From NCBI GenBank assembly GCA_944381075.1, contig CALWJT010000016.1, positions 4,155 to 68,154 on the forward strand: a DNA stretch of 64,000 nucleotides, in the 5' to 3' direction. A model generated the notes under the pieces. That model did not search any database. It was not told the origin of the DNA and saw nothing but the letters and a program-made list of their open reading frames with translations. A program made the position numbers and the translations under genes. Below, piece after piece: positions 30,091-41,145 of the stretch (the stretch's first letter is position 1; each line of letters opens with the position of its first letter). Source of the DNA: an uncultured Clostridia bacterium. Its GTDB lineage: Bacteria; Bacillota; Clostridia; Oscillospirales; CAG-272.

Positions 30091-31017
30091 TTATACTACC
30101 TCGTTTAAAATATAATAATAAAATTTTTCAGAGCATTGATGAATGCAAAATAGATCATCACAAATATCCAAATATTTAAACGGAATGTTTTGAATAATAT
30201 AAATAAATAACGAGGAATTCAGTATGTTTTTAACATGTTCAGGCAAAAGGTAGCTAATTCCAACGACATTATTCAACAGTAAACTTTTCTTTTGTAATTC
30301 ATTGTCTATATTCTTTACTTCAATCCCGATTTTATTTCTAACTCTCCGTAAAAAAAATATGCATTTTAAATTGAATATTCCAGAAATATTTCCAAACCCC
30401 AAGTTAAGGCATCGGCTTTCTATAAATTTTTTCCCTTGTAAACTTTCTTTTGCAGTAACAAATATATTATCTTCATTTGAAAGGCTTTTAAATGTACTGA
30501 AGTTCATTTTTAATGGCATACTATTAGAAAAACATGAAATAATATTATTAGTCCTTGTTAAGTATAGTGTATCGTCTGAAAAAACATTTGTAAATTTTGT
30601 CAAATGTGAAACAAAAGTGGTTTTTCCAACGCCCTTATCCGCGCAAAATGCTATAATTTTTTTATTACACTCAATACTGCTTGCATGAAGCAGGATATCT
30701 TTACAATTATGTGCCAAAATAGAAAAAGGCAAATTATAGAGTGTGGATTCAAGTTCATTTTTATTTTTATAATATGCCTTAATCCTATTGTTTTCCACAT
30801 CAATAACATATGAAGTAAGTGGCGATTCAATAATATAATCCTTATTATTTTTCGTGCAATAAATTTTTTCATTGTCGAATGTTTTTTCATTATGGCAAGA
30901 TAAATCTATGATACAATCTGACATAAAAAAGTTTTCATTGCATTTAGGAAGAAAACTAAGTGGTATATTAGATTTTAAAATAAATTTATAACAATTATAA
31001 ACATACTGTTCATTCAT
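30091..31017 (-). CDS. HPr-kinase-like P-loop protein (candidate peptide kinase)
   Basis: LLHASSI...FCADKGVGKTT...FSDD. Confidence 0.75.
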   Translation of the reverse strand: MNEQYVYNCYKFILKSNIPLSFLPKCNENFFMSDCIIDLSCHNEKTFDNEKIYCTKNNKDYIIESPLTSYVIDVENNRIKAYYKNKNELESTLYNLPFSILAHNCKDILLHASSIECNKKIIAFCADKGVGKTTFVSHLTKFTNVFSDDTLYLTRTNNIISCFSNSMPLKMNFSTFKSLSNEDNIFVTAKESLQGKKFIESRCLNLGFGNISGIFNLKCIFFLRRVRNKIGIEVKNIDNELQKKSLLLNNVVGISYLLPEHVKNILNSSLFIYIIQNIPFKYLDICDDLFCIHQCSEKFYYYILNEVV

Positions 31018-32830
31018 ATTCTTTAATCACCTTATTAATCTCATAGGCGTGCGCCTGCTTTTCAAACATATCACGGTAATAACTGTTCGGATCGGAACAT
31101 AATTGCTCATGTGTTCCAGATTCAATAATTTTTCCGTTATCAATCATTATAATTTTATCAGAGCAAACCGTCGTTGTTAGTCTGTGCGAAACAAATAAAG
31201 CAATCTGATCAGATGTCATTTGCATGATTTTTTCATTAAGCTTAAACTCTGCAAACGGGTCAAGAGAACTATTTGCCTCATCTAAAACAATAACTGACGA
31301 ATTTCGAATATAAGCCCTTGACAAAGATAGTTTTTGTAACTCGCCACCAGAGAAATTGACCCCGTTTTCATCAAATTCCCGCCCGATATTTGCATCTATT
31401 CCCCCATCAATACCTTTAATCTTATGAGATAGTCCGCTGAACTCCAATGATGCCTGGATATCTTTTTCATTATAAACTTCTCCCATTGATATATTCTCTC
31501 GAATGGAAAAAGCGAAGATATTGTAATCTTGCATGACTGTTGCAAAACATTTCCTTAAATTAACAATATTATAGTTTTTAATATCAGCGTCGTTTATCAA
31601 TATCTCCCCATCGGTTACATCGTACAGTCTTAATAATAGCTTGATAATAGTTGATTTCCCGGCACCGTTTCTTCCAACTATCGCTACCTTTTCACCAGAT
31701 GTTATACGAAATGATATATTGTCCAGAATCAGTTCATCGTGATGCGGATATTTAAAAAAAACATTTTTGAACTCTATGGAAATAATCTTTTCAATACTTT
31801 TTTTATCTTCAATATCGTTTTCAATTGATGGCTGATAATCCAAGATTCCGCGTAAATGTGACACATAATATTCGCTTTCAAAATTTAATCGGTCAAAAGA
31901 ATTGATAATACCAGCCAATTCACCTGAGATTTGATAACACGCTGAAAACAACACGGTGAAACTGCCGAGTGTAATATCTCCGGTAATCGTTTTAAATGCA
32001 ATATAACCTAATAAAACAGGTGCTATCATTAAAGTATTTATTACACTGATAATGTATTTAAACCTCCAATATTTCGCTTTTGTTTCTTTGTATATTTTAT
32101 ACTTTTCAACAAATGTTTCATTAAGTTTATTAATTAAGAACTGCCCTAAGTTATAGAGCCTTACATCTTTGGCGAAATCTTTGAAATGAGAAACCTTTTT
32201 TATGTATTCTGATTTTCTGTTAATTGTTTCCTCTGCTTCATACTGCTCCTGGGAATATCGGCTTGATCTGTTTTGATCAAAAAATGATACAACAACCATA
32301 ACCGCAATGATAATAAGTATAAACGGATCTAATGTAATTATAATTGACGATAGCAGAATTACATTGAATACATTTTTGGCAATAGAAAAAAGTATATTTA
32401 AAAAGTCCAAGGCTTTTGTATCAGCATACCTTATCGCTTTCGTATAATTATCATAAAATTTGAAATTTTCATAGCACTCCAAATCTTGTTTCATGGCTTT
32501 TTTTATAAATACATTCTGCAAATTATTTCGCAACTTATATTCTCTGCTTGATATAATAACATTGCTTATAATGGTAGAAGCGGAATACAAAATGAAAGAA
32601 ATTACCTGCAGAATAATGATATGCCTGATAACAATATTAAAAGAGTTTTTCGCCGTAATAGAATCTATGATCCACTTAATATATAAAGTTCCGACTGCAG
32701 TTTGAAGCGTTGCAATAATTAACGAAATGAATTTTAACGGTATTATAAATTTATCGCCATTCCAAATATATTTTAACATTAACTTAATATCAGCGATTGT
32801 GATTTTTAGGGGATGCTTTTTATTTGTCAT
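31010..32830 (-). CDS. ABC exporter, fused permease/ATPase (no C39 peptidase domain)
   Basis: TM helices, GRNGAGKST, FSGGELQK, VLDEA, SHRL; GGAG RBS before MTNKK at 32830. Confidence 0.93.
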   Translation of the reverse strand: MTNKKHPLKITIADIKLMLKYIWNGDKFIIPLKFISLIIATLQTAVGTLYIKWIIDSITAKNSFNIVIRHIIILQVISFILYSASTIISNVIISSREYKLRNNLQNVFIKKAMKQDLECYENFKFYDNYTKAIRYADTKALDFLNILFSIAKNVFNVILLSSIIITLDPFILIIIAVMVVVSFFDQNRSSRYSQEQYEAEETINRKSEYIKKVSHFKDFAKDVRLYNLGQFLINKLNETFVEKYKIYKETKAKYWRFKYIISVINTLMIAPVLLGYIAFKTITGDITLGSFTVLFSACYQISGELAGIINSFDRLNFESEYYVSHLRGILDYQPSIENDIEDKKSIEKIISIEFKNVFFKYPHHDELILDNISFRITSGEKVAIVGRNGAGKSTIIKLLLRLYDVTDGEILINDADIKNYNIVNLRKCFATVMQDYNIFAFSIRENISMGEVYNEKDIQASLEFSGLSHKIKGIDGGIDANIGREFDENGVNFSGGELQKLSLSRAYIRNSSVIVLDEANSSLDPFAEFKLNEKIMQMTSDQIALFVSHRLTTTVCSDKIIMIDNGKIIESGTHEQLCSDPNSYYRDMFEKQAHAYEINKVIKEYE

Positions 32831-32927
32831 TTTAATCTCCATTCTGTCGCTTTGAGTCAGCACAAATAGTGATGAAAAAGTGCCGGATAGCGGCGATTTT
32901 GTAACAAAATTGTTGTAAAATACATAT

Positions 32928-33320
32928 GCAGGAGTATATATCAAACCTGCGTTAGTGCAAGTCGCTCACGTAGCCGTAAAAGCCACAGACAATTCTTACT
33001 ACCGCTTAAAGTATGATCAAATCTCCAAACGCAGAGGGAAGAAACATGACATTATTGCCATTGCACGGAATGATCCTCACTGCTGTTTTCCCAATTATAG
33101 CAAGGACTAAGATGTGGTCAAACCTTGCTTTTGATGAACCACCGTTGCCTGCTTAATAGCTTTGGACAAAAGCTTTTCTCAAGAAGTTTACCTTAAAAAG
33201 ATCGGTGGGATTCCAGACCTAACCCGTGGCTATATTCGCTTTCGTTAACTCTGCAAAGAATTGTTTTGTGCAGGGCTTTCTTGTTGCACTTTCTCGGCGG
33301 CAAGTGATTCGTATCTTTCA
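32928..33320 (+). mobile_element. IS110-family transposase remnant, internally rearranged
   Basis: Plus strand AGVYIKPALVQVAH...KRRGKK...IIAIAR/MILTAVF; the following C-terminal piece (VWNPTDL...KAIKQA...QGL) lies on the minus strand at ~33105-33222. Confidence 0.7.
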
Positions 33321-33322
33321 CG

Positions 33323-34654
33323 CTATTTTCTTCGAATGGATTTAATCATGTAATTATACTTATTCATTAGGACTTCTGATGTAACAATAAAATCATTTGG
33401 GCAACGATTATTACCATTTATAATTCTCGATTTAGGACAATTCTGAGCAAAACAAACAGGCAAATTGATGCATTCCTTGCATTTGTTTTCAAGTTCTATT
33501 TTTCCATTTGGCAAAACAAAACGGCTCCATTTATATAAATTAAATTCTATTCTTTCATTCTCAATTGTTCCTACAACATTAAATTTATCAAGTTCTTCAT
33601 CTTCTTCGTTGCATTTTCTTAATTTTCCATCGCTCCCTAATGTAAAGTGATATGGCAACCCAGCATAGCAAACTCGTTTGAATGGATTATAATAATTATA
33701 ATTTGTTAAGGGTTCTATCCCTTTTTTAATCGCCTCTTCCATTAACATAACTGTCGTGTACGGTTCTATAGAATAATCAATAACATCAAGAGCTTCATCG
33801 TTCTCGCCTCCCCATTTACCAATAGTATGAAAAAACACGGTAAACCTACTATCAAGATTATCTTTTATTGCATCAAACAGTTCATTTATACCAGCAAATG
33901 TTTCGTTATTATAGTTCACTCTGATAGAAATATGAAAATCAAACTCTTTAAAAGAATTAAAAGTTTTTAAATTATCAAATATTATATTCCATGTAGGTCG
34001 TCCATCTGATAATGGTCTGTTGCTATTATGAGTTTCTTTATCTCCATCTATTGTAATTTGGAAAAAATCAAATTGATTGTTCAATAGATATTCAATCTGA
34101 TCTTTAGAAAATAAAGATCCATTTGTTGTTGCGCCATAATGATATCTAACATTTTTACCGTAAAAAAAACTATTCAAATTATCAGTAACTTTCTTTATTA
34201 TATCAAATGAAATGAATGGCTCTCCACCAAACCACTCTATATAAAAATCTTTTAACCCATGATCATAATAATAATTTTTTATTGCTTTTATAAATTTATC
34301 TATATTTTCATCAGAAATTACTTTTTTGCCATGTTCTTGATAACAATATTTACATCTAAAGTTGCATATATTGTTGGGCATTATTATAAAAGACAAATTT
34401 GTAGGATCAAACATTTGTTTATAATATGATGCCATCACTTCTTGCACTTCATCAATATCATCAGGAACACAAAACGCTTTTTTAAATATGTCATTTTCTA
34501 TATTATCACAGTCTTTTTTCTTTAAAGATAAAAGATCTCCTTTAAGTTTTTCTTCTTCATTATTGACAAAAATTTGTGCTCCATTTTTCATATTATATAA
34601 TAATACGCCATCTTCTACTTCATGTATTACTGTATATTTTGATATTTTTAACAT
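33323..34654 (-). CDS. Radical SAM/SPASM peptide maturase
   Basis: CNFRCKYC, WFGGEP, TTNG, ITIDG; SPASM CYAG...C...CKECINLPVCFAQNC...C; N-terminal RRE-like segment; AAGGAG RBS. Confidence 0.93.
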   Translation of the reverse strand: MLKISKYTVIHEVEDGVLLYNMKNGAQIFVNNEEEKLKGDLLSLKKKDCDNIENDIFKKAFCVPDDIDEVQEVMASYYKQMFDPTNLSFIIMPNNICNFRCKYCYQEHGKKVISDENIDKFIKAIKNYYYDHGLKDFYIEWFGGEPFISFDIIKKVTDNLNSFFYGKNVRYHYGATTNGSLFSKDQIEYLLNNQFDFFQITIDGDKETHNSNRPLSDGRPTWNIIFDNLKTFNSFKEFDFHISIRVNYNNETFAGINELFDAIKDNLDSRFTVFFHTIGKWGGENDEALDVIDYSIEPYTTVMLMEEAIKKGIEPLTNYNYYNPFKRVCYAGLPYHFTLGSDGKLRKCNEEDEELDKFNVVGTIENERIEFNLYKWSRFVLPNGKIELENKCKECINLPVCFAQNCPKSRIINGNNRCPNDFIVTSEVLMNKYNYMIKSIRRK

Positions 34655-34735
34655 ATATATTTTCTCCTTAAATTAAATAATACCATTCAGATGGTCGGGA
34701 CTAAAACTTAAACTTATTCCGACATTAGTTGTGGT

Positions 34736-34775
34736 ACAACATAGAACTTTAGTTTTGAATAAGCTCTATGTTGTA
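34736..34775 (-). terminator. Stem-loop between precursor and maturase genes
   Basis: tacaacatagaactt...aagctctatgttgta inverted repeat just 3' of the precursor stop. Confidence 0.6.
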
Positions 34776-34783
34776 CCCGCATT

Positions 34784-34906
34784 TTAACTACCGCAGGAAC
34801 CTTGACATCCATTGCATTTGCCCTTGCAACCACAATTAGTGTCACATCCTGGAGGGCAATTGCCATTCGATCCATTTAATGAATCGATATCAGATAAGAA
34901 ATACAT
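34784..34906 (-). CDS. Cys-rich RiPP precursor peptide (40 aa, not in ORF track)
   Basis: AAAGGAG RBS; MYFLSDIDSLNGSNGNCPPGCDTNCGCKGKCNGCQGSCGS*; directly upstream of the rSAM gene. Confidence 0.85.
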   Translation of the reverse strand: MYFLSDIDSLNGSNGNCPPGCDTNCGCKGKCNGCQGSCGS

Positions 34907-35589
34907 GTTTTTTCTCCTTTCACTATAAAATTATGTTACAGCACAAAACTATTATCTTTATGCCAAAACATCAAATGGTCTTTGAATAATAATTCGCTTG
35001 TCTTTATATTTTCAATTCAGGTTATTTTCAAAAAAAAAAATTTTGTAAGGTTTAATAAACAAAATGAACTTCAAAAACTGCGTGATAGCCATAATAAATT
35101 ATTCTGTCCGATTTCCAGGTGAAGAAGTTGATACTTTACTCCGAAGTATTGATTTCTGGAAAATTCAACACTTGTTTTTCGTCGCTTGTAAACTCAACTT
35201 TTAAATCTTTTTGTAATTTATTATATCTTTATTGCTAAACGTTACATAATATAGGCAAGCTAATCATAGCCTCATGGCATGATACGATATTAAAAATGCG
35301 ATAAAAGAATATCCTATCTTAGGACGCAATGCGCTTTTAAAACAGTATTATAATTATGGCAAACAAAAATTACTTGGAGAAGGAGAATATCCGTCACACA
35401 AATTATACAGAAAATCAATTAAATGATTGTGATAAGCACCATGTGAATATACTACATTTCAAAACCTCACTGATGTTACCAGAAGCCGTTTCCTCTATTT
35501 TTTGTTTATATGATAACTATTTAAGGATAGCGGAGCTCCGAGCGAGACAGACGCAGAATCGTGCATCAACGGGTCACGTAGCAAAGCTG

Positions 35590-35790
35590 CATTCAAGTTC
35601 GGTGGTGAAAAGTTCTTCCGGTATCCAAGCCACTTACATGGCGGTCCGTTGATGATGTCCGCAAAGATCATGACCTCATCGGCAGTGTAGTCGGCGATAC
35701 GCTCTCTCTTTGGGATAAAACGATGTAGCATTCGATTGTGGCATTCAACAGTGCACTTCTCTCATGACCGGTGCGGGTGCGTACGGTGTC
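35590..35790 (-). mobile_element. IS30-family transposase C-terminal remnant
   Basis: ECHNRMLHRFIPKRERIADYTADEV...INGPPCKWLGY resembles the IS30 tail E..N..IRRFIPKG...N..PRK.LGY. Confidence 0.7.
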
Positions 35791-36100
35791 CCAGATACAC
35801 TTTTTGCCCCGAGTCCGCTTTGTATCTCTGTGCCCGACCGTGATAAAAGGCTATAGTTCCGCATTAAATCTAATTCTTAATTGTGTTGTAAGATCATCCG
35901 AGGTGTCTCGCAACCCGTAGATTGACTAGCCGTTCTTTTCGATGCCCCTCAATTTCGTGTCATTCTTCCGAGGTTGCGAGTGGGCATGGCATTCGCGATA
36001 TTCTGTGATATAATAGGCGTTGTATATAACAATCATCCCTCTGGAATTTGGAACCGTTGCAACTTTATTTTTGCAATTGCGCTACATGTTGGAGATTTAA

Positions 36101-36149
36101 AAACCCGCACAAGTGCGCCATAACTCAGTGCATGCACTTGTGCGGGTTT
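36101..36149. repeat. Perfect 16-bp inverted repeat
   Basis: aaacccgcacaagtgc (36101-16) / gcacttgtgcgggttt (36134-49). Confidence 0.8.
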
Positions 36150-36416
36150 AGAAGTCTCGGGTGGGAAATGCTGATTGCACTTGCGCTTGGGAGACATTAG
36201 GTTTTTATGAGCTTTTACTAAATTAAGTGTAACATGAGCGTCATATTTTGTCAATACAAATATTTCCATTACATGCAAAATCGTGGACATACACAAAAAA
36301 TAATGAAAATCCATGCTGTTATACTTGGTTTTTTGTGCAGTATTGATATAATTTATACAAATTGCACAAAAGAAGACGATTAGGATGTTGAATGGTAACC
36401 ACTGATCCATTTTCTC

Positions 36417-37050
36417 TTATGTTGCCGTTACCACCATCGTTGTGCTTGTTTTCATCCTGAACATACACGCATCTGTTTTTCCATCTTTCCGTTCTGTAAG
36501 CGTGCCGGTCAAATGTTTCAGATACATTCTGTTCAGCGCCGAAGTACCGAGGAAAGCCTTCACATTTGTCACAGGAAGGACACACCATTCGCTGTCGGTT
36601 GGTTTGTTAGCGATATAGTATTCGAGTAGCGTCCTTGTTACATTCAGCGGAACAGACTTTGGCGTGACAGCGGCAAGCCTCTGTTCTTGTTCTTCCGTTA
36701 GGGTAATCGATTCTTGCCGCAATGCACCCAGCTCCAGCGCATCTGCAATCACATCATCAAAGCGAAGAATCAAATCCCCCTTTGTTCCTTCCGAAAAGAT
36801 CGGGATTTGGTATTGTATGACCTTCTTACGCCAAGCATCCTCCAGTTTTTCGATGTTGCCGACAATTTTTTGTGTGGTCTTGCCTACCTTGTCGCGGCTG
36901 GCGTTAATAAAATCTACGATGCCGTGCAAGTGCCGGATAGCTGTTCTCGTCTACAAGCTCCGGAAACTCATCGTGAAGTTCACGGAAATCTGTTTTGAAC
37001 TGCCACTCCGCCTTCGGGGTGGCATCCTTTTTGTCCGGAATACTGCAGTC
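36417..37050 (-). pseudogene. Frameshifted hypothetical gene downstream of the RNAP-like gene
   Basis: Coding-like frames IPDKKDATPKAEWQFKTDFRELHDEFPEL / ...YYIANKPTDSEWCVLPV; 5' end lost. Confidence 0.5.
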
Positions 37051-38700
37051 TTAATGCGTGTCGCATTCATCTCGGTGAACAGGGCATATAGACTCTCGGA
37101 GTCGTATGTGTCCTCTTGGTCACGTATCATGAGAATGCGGTCAATATCTCTTCTCTTGGAATTGCTCGGTGTCGGATGACTGTTTGAGCGAATACGACGC
37201 AGACAGCGGTCGTAGGTGTCGATCAACTCTTTTATCGGCTCAAAGAGAGCTGCATCGAGGTTGTCCTGCCAATTCGGAGATTTAGCAAAGGTGAAAAGTC
37301 CGGAGGACGGCGCGGGCTTTGGAACTTTCCTCGGCGTGTTCTTTTTGAGCATATAAGCATAGTACGGCAGCTTTTCCACATTCGCCGTTACGCTGTCCCA
37401 ATCGGTACTATCAATGTATTTTTTCATCTTTTCCGCAAAGGTATCTTCATACCACGCAGGGCGAGCTTCGGATTCTTTGGGGCGTGATCCACATAGTAAT
37501 CGAACTGAAACCATTCGTCGTTGAGAAGGCGGTAATAGATTTCTTCGGTCGTTTTGGTAAACCATGATCCGGTATCGCTGTCATTTAGCTCGTCCTCTTT
37601 GTCAATATGATCTTTCATCCAGTCAGACGGTTGATCAACTGGTCTGAATTGATCGGTACTCAGAGCAAGCGTGGATAAAAACTGATAGTTCAGATCCGTG
37701 TACTGCTCATTTTCAGTGTTGTTGACACCTGTAATATACAAAGCGTGGCGATAGTTCCGGCAACGGTCAAGATATTCCGAAAAAGTCAGCCCGTTTTCGG
37801 TCATCCAACCACATCCCTTGAATTGGCTCTTGGTCAGAATCATATGAATACGCTCGACTGGGTGTGAAATGCCCACATATCTGTAATCGTTGTGACTGTT
37901 GCTTCTCTGCAGAGTCCGTGAAAGTCCACCTCATGCACCATGCCCTTGATATATGGCATACAGATCTGGAAGGATGTATGAATGTGTTGGCCGCAGTAGA
38001 ATCTGTCAATTGTGGCGGCAAGTTCGGGAGATACAATTCCCTCACCGTCAAACAGCGTGACCTTGATATCGCTCTTTTTCTCGACTCTCTCATAGTTGCG
38101 AACACCACCGACACCTGTGGTGTCGGTGGTGACATCGATGTCGGGATATACGGCTGTCGGGTTGTCAATAATGACAATAGCATCCTTTCCCCATAACATA
38201 TCCGTCTCAATGCGTGTACCGCTTGAAAATAATAAACCGTTGTAGGCATAGAGCTTGGATAGCTGACAATCGCCAATGGTCATACCGACCATCATACGGC
38301 GGCGAAGTTCGTCATACACATCCGCACGAATAAAAGAGAGCTTTGCGTTTCGGTTCATACTGCCCGATCGCTCAAAGACAAGATAACGCATAGAGCCGTG
38401 ACCAAAGTCCAATGTGATCCCCTCGGGGCGAAACATGGACTCGGTCTTTTTCTGCATAAGTGCGGTCTTGGGGTTATCCGAATCCCGATCAAATATCCCC
38501 TTGAAGTCAGGATAGAGCATGACATCACAGAGGTCTGAAATGACGGTGTCCTCGGTCGGCTGTTTGTAGTCGTTACCTCGGATGACGCACATGGACCTGA
38601 AAGAAAATGGCGTTGTCCTCCTGCCATGTGTCGCTGTTTCCCATCAGCACGCTTTTTGTCTGTGCCTCGGTGAGGTCAAAGAAATAAATATCGTTACCCA
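37050..38700 (-). pseudogene. YonO/RdRP-like single-subunit RNA polymerase, fragmented
   Basis: Ordered motifs FERSGSMNR, SKLYAYNGL, FDGEGIVSP, SFQICMPYIKGM, ILTKSQFKG, LNYQFLSTL; frameshifts near 38595, 37870 and 37460; catalytic DxDGD region absent. Confidence 0.75.
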
Positions 38701-38985
38701 TCGGCTTTGCATAGGAGAGCATCGCCGCTAAGACCGGCATGGGAGACGGCGAATACTTGCGCGTCTCGGCGCTCGGAAAGACAATCTACTAGGTCGAGGA
38801 ACTCAAACCAATCCTTCATGAGCTGAAAGGCATCGGCAGAAATCTCAATCAGCTCACCATGCTGTGCCATCAGGGCGTGATCCACATGGTAAACCTGACC
38901 GCAACATCCGATGCCATCAGGCGATGCTATCAAGCAATAAACAAGCTCTGTGCCAGCACGGACGGCGTCATAGGAAGCGGTGATG
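38700..38985 (+). pseudogene. mobC: MobC relaxosome accessory protein remnant
   Basis: YLRVSALGKTIY*VEELKPILHELKGIGRNLNQLTMLCHQG; GxNxNQ motif; in-frame TAG and no 5' end. Confidence 0.7.
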
Positions 38986-39846
38986 GCGACCGTTATTTTT
39001 ATCAAGGAAAGCAAACAACCCCCCAGTGCTATGCGGGGTTGCATCAACTATTGCGTGCAGGAAAAGAAGACCGTAGATTCTAACGGTCGGCAGTATGTGG
39101 GCGGTGTTAACTGTTTAGGTAAGTACGCATATGAAGAATTCATGGCGACAAAAAACCTTTATGGCAAGGCATCGGATATCTATTTTTATCAATATGTGCA
39201 ATCCTTTATGCAGGGTGAGATCCAGTCTTATGACGAAGCTCACCGCATAGGTATGGAGTTTGCCGAGCAGTTCTTTCCGGGTTATGAGGTGCTGGTAGCA
39301 ACGCACCCGGATGCTTACGATGATAGCGGCGTTCAGCGCGTGCATAACCATTTTATTGTCAATTCGGTCAGCTTTGAGGATGGCAGAAAGATTCACTTCA
39401 CGCCTAACACTTTACAGGAGCTAAGAAAAATCAGTGATTCCATCTGCGCGGAACATGGATTTTCTGTCCTCTCTCCCTCCGAGCGAACTTACGGCAAAGC
39501 CATCGGCACACGGGAATACCGGACAACCATGAAGGGGAACGGCCGGAAATTCCAGCTCATCAATGACATTGACACCGCCATGACACAGGCGGGAGACAAA
39601 CGCGAGTTCTGTGATACCCTCGCCTCTGCCGGTTATACCGTCACCTGGACGGATACAAGAAAATATATCGCATTCACCTGCCCGAACGGAATGAAAGTTC
39701 GGGACAACAAATTACACGATAACAAATACAGAAAGGATATTTTAGAGTATGAATTATCAATCAGACAACAGCTTACAGAACAACACCCTGCGTCAAGCCC
39801 AATGGAGCGGCTAAAGCGGCATCCAAGACTGCGGTCAGGACGATAG
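38980..39846 (+). CDS. MOBP-type relaxase/mobilisation nuclease (probably 3'-truncated)
   Basis: N-terminal Tyr in CINYCV, QYVQSF, VLVATH...VHNHFIVNSVSFEDG 3H motif. Confidence 0.85.
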   Translation: MMATVIFIKESKQPPSAMRGCINYCVQEKKTVDSNGRQYVGGVNCLGKYAYEEFMATKNLYGKASDIYFYQYVQSFMQGEIQSYDEAHRIGMEFAEQFFPGYEVLVATHPDAYDDSGVQRVHNHFIVNSVSFEDGRKIHFTPNTLQELRKISDSICAEHGFSVLSPSERTYGKAIGTREYRTTMKGNGRKFQLINDIDTAMTQAGDKREFCDTLASAGYTVTWTDTRKYIAFTCPNGMKVRDNKLHDNKYRKDILEYELSIRQQLTEQHPASSPMERLKRHPRLRSGR

Positions 39847-39849
39847 AGG

Positions 39850-40296
39850 AAACGCTGTATCAGCCGATCGTCTATGCGATTCCGAAGGAGGACTGGAACG
39901 CCTTCAGGGAGTGGGCGAAACAAGCGGTAACATTTCAACCGACTGTATCAGCAGATAGCGGCGCTGACGACCAAGAAGGAGTCAGAGGCTTACACGGACG
40001 AGATGTGGAACAAGATACAGAACTGGTCGAGGAAGTTTACAGAACAAGTGAAACCGTCCTCGGAGAGCATCGTGCCGAGGGTGAACAAATTGCTCTACGA
40101 CAACAAGGAACTTTTGCAACAGGATGGGAAAGCGGGAGACGAGTTTATTTCGAATCTCAATGTGCGAGAGCAGACGCGGATCGACAAGTACGAAGAATTG
40201 CTTATGAAGACGAAACGGTGGATCATCACGGCGATCGCATCGACCATCGGCAGTTCGGCGATTTTGAGCACGGTGATCTGTCTCTTGATGAGATAA
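39850..40296 (+). pseudogene. Fragment of a hypothetical protein with a C-terminal membrane helix
   Basis: Frameshifted coding-like sequence ending KRWIITAIASTIGSSAILSTVICLLMR. Confidence 0.4.
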
Positions 40297-40299
40297 GAG

Positions 40300-41109
40300 C
40301 GTTCTTCCGGGATGAACAATCGGAAGATGACCGTCTTTGCAACGACCCGCCCGAAACGGACGGATGGACAAAGCAGAAATATTACGACCTACGGGAGCAG
40401 GCAGAGCTTGGCAACAAATATGCCGAGTACCGCCTCTCCCGCCTTTTGTTTGACGAGAACAGCCCTTATTACGACAGCTATGACGGAGCCTGCTACTTGG
40501 AATCGTCCGCCAAAAAGGGGTACTATGGCGCAATATCGGCTCGGCAAGATGATCTATCAGGGCGACTATTACCGCCAAATGCCCGAAAACGCGGCGTATT
40601 GGTTGATCTTATCCGCAAAACAGAACAATCCCTACGCAGAGATGCTTCTCGGTCAGCTGTATATTCTCGGGGATTTTCTGCGACTTGACAAAAAGGCGGG
40701 CTTTGGTCTTCTGTATGATGCCATCAGTGACGCCAACGCCGCTTATACCCTCGGAAAATATTATGCTGAGGGTAAGCACTTGAAGAAAAACATTCCGAAA
40801 GCGATTGCTTTACTGGAGCAAGCAGCACAGATGGGCAATCCGTTTGCAGAATACCGACTTGCCAAGATCTATCCCTTTGAATCAGACTATTTCGATTGGC
40901 ATGAACACGGCAGCACACAAGGGCAACGAAAACGCCTACCGGGCATTGCAGAATATGAACCGCAATCCTGTTTCTCTATCACGACCCGGATAGCAGACCT
41001 TATCGGCGATCTCTCTGCCACGTTCGACAAAAGACCGGCGGTGAAAGATTGCACGACCATGCCGCAACGCAAAGAAAGGAAGAAATATGAGTATGAGCAA
41101 TGTATGTAG
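40300..41109 (+). pseudogene. Sel1-repeat protein, frameshifted
   Basis: AELGNKYAEYRL, AQYRLGKMIYQG, SAKQNNPYAEMLLG, AAQMGNPFAEYRLA spread over two frames. Confidence 0.7.
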
Positions 41110-41145
41110 CCGAGCAAATTTATCACATTTTTATGAAAGGGGGCG

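Noticed and set aside
29173-31017. Lasso peptide cluster
   Set aside because: Kinase and NTase are present, but there is no asparagine-synthetase-like cyclase or B2 peptidase
32831-32944. Longer N-terminus of the ABC exporter given in the ORF track
   Set aside because: It extends into the IS110 remnant; the RBS supports ATG 32830
36111-36121. MOBQ-type oriT nick site (AAGTGCGCC)
   Set aside because: The match is part of an IR arm, and the element's relaxase is MOBP-type
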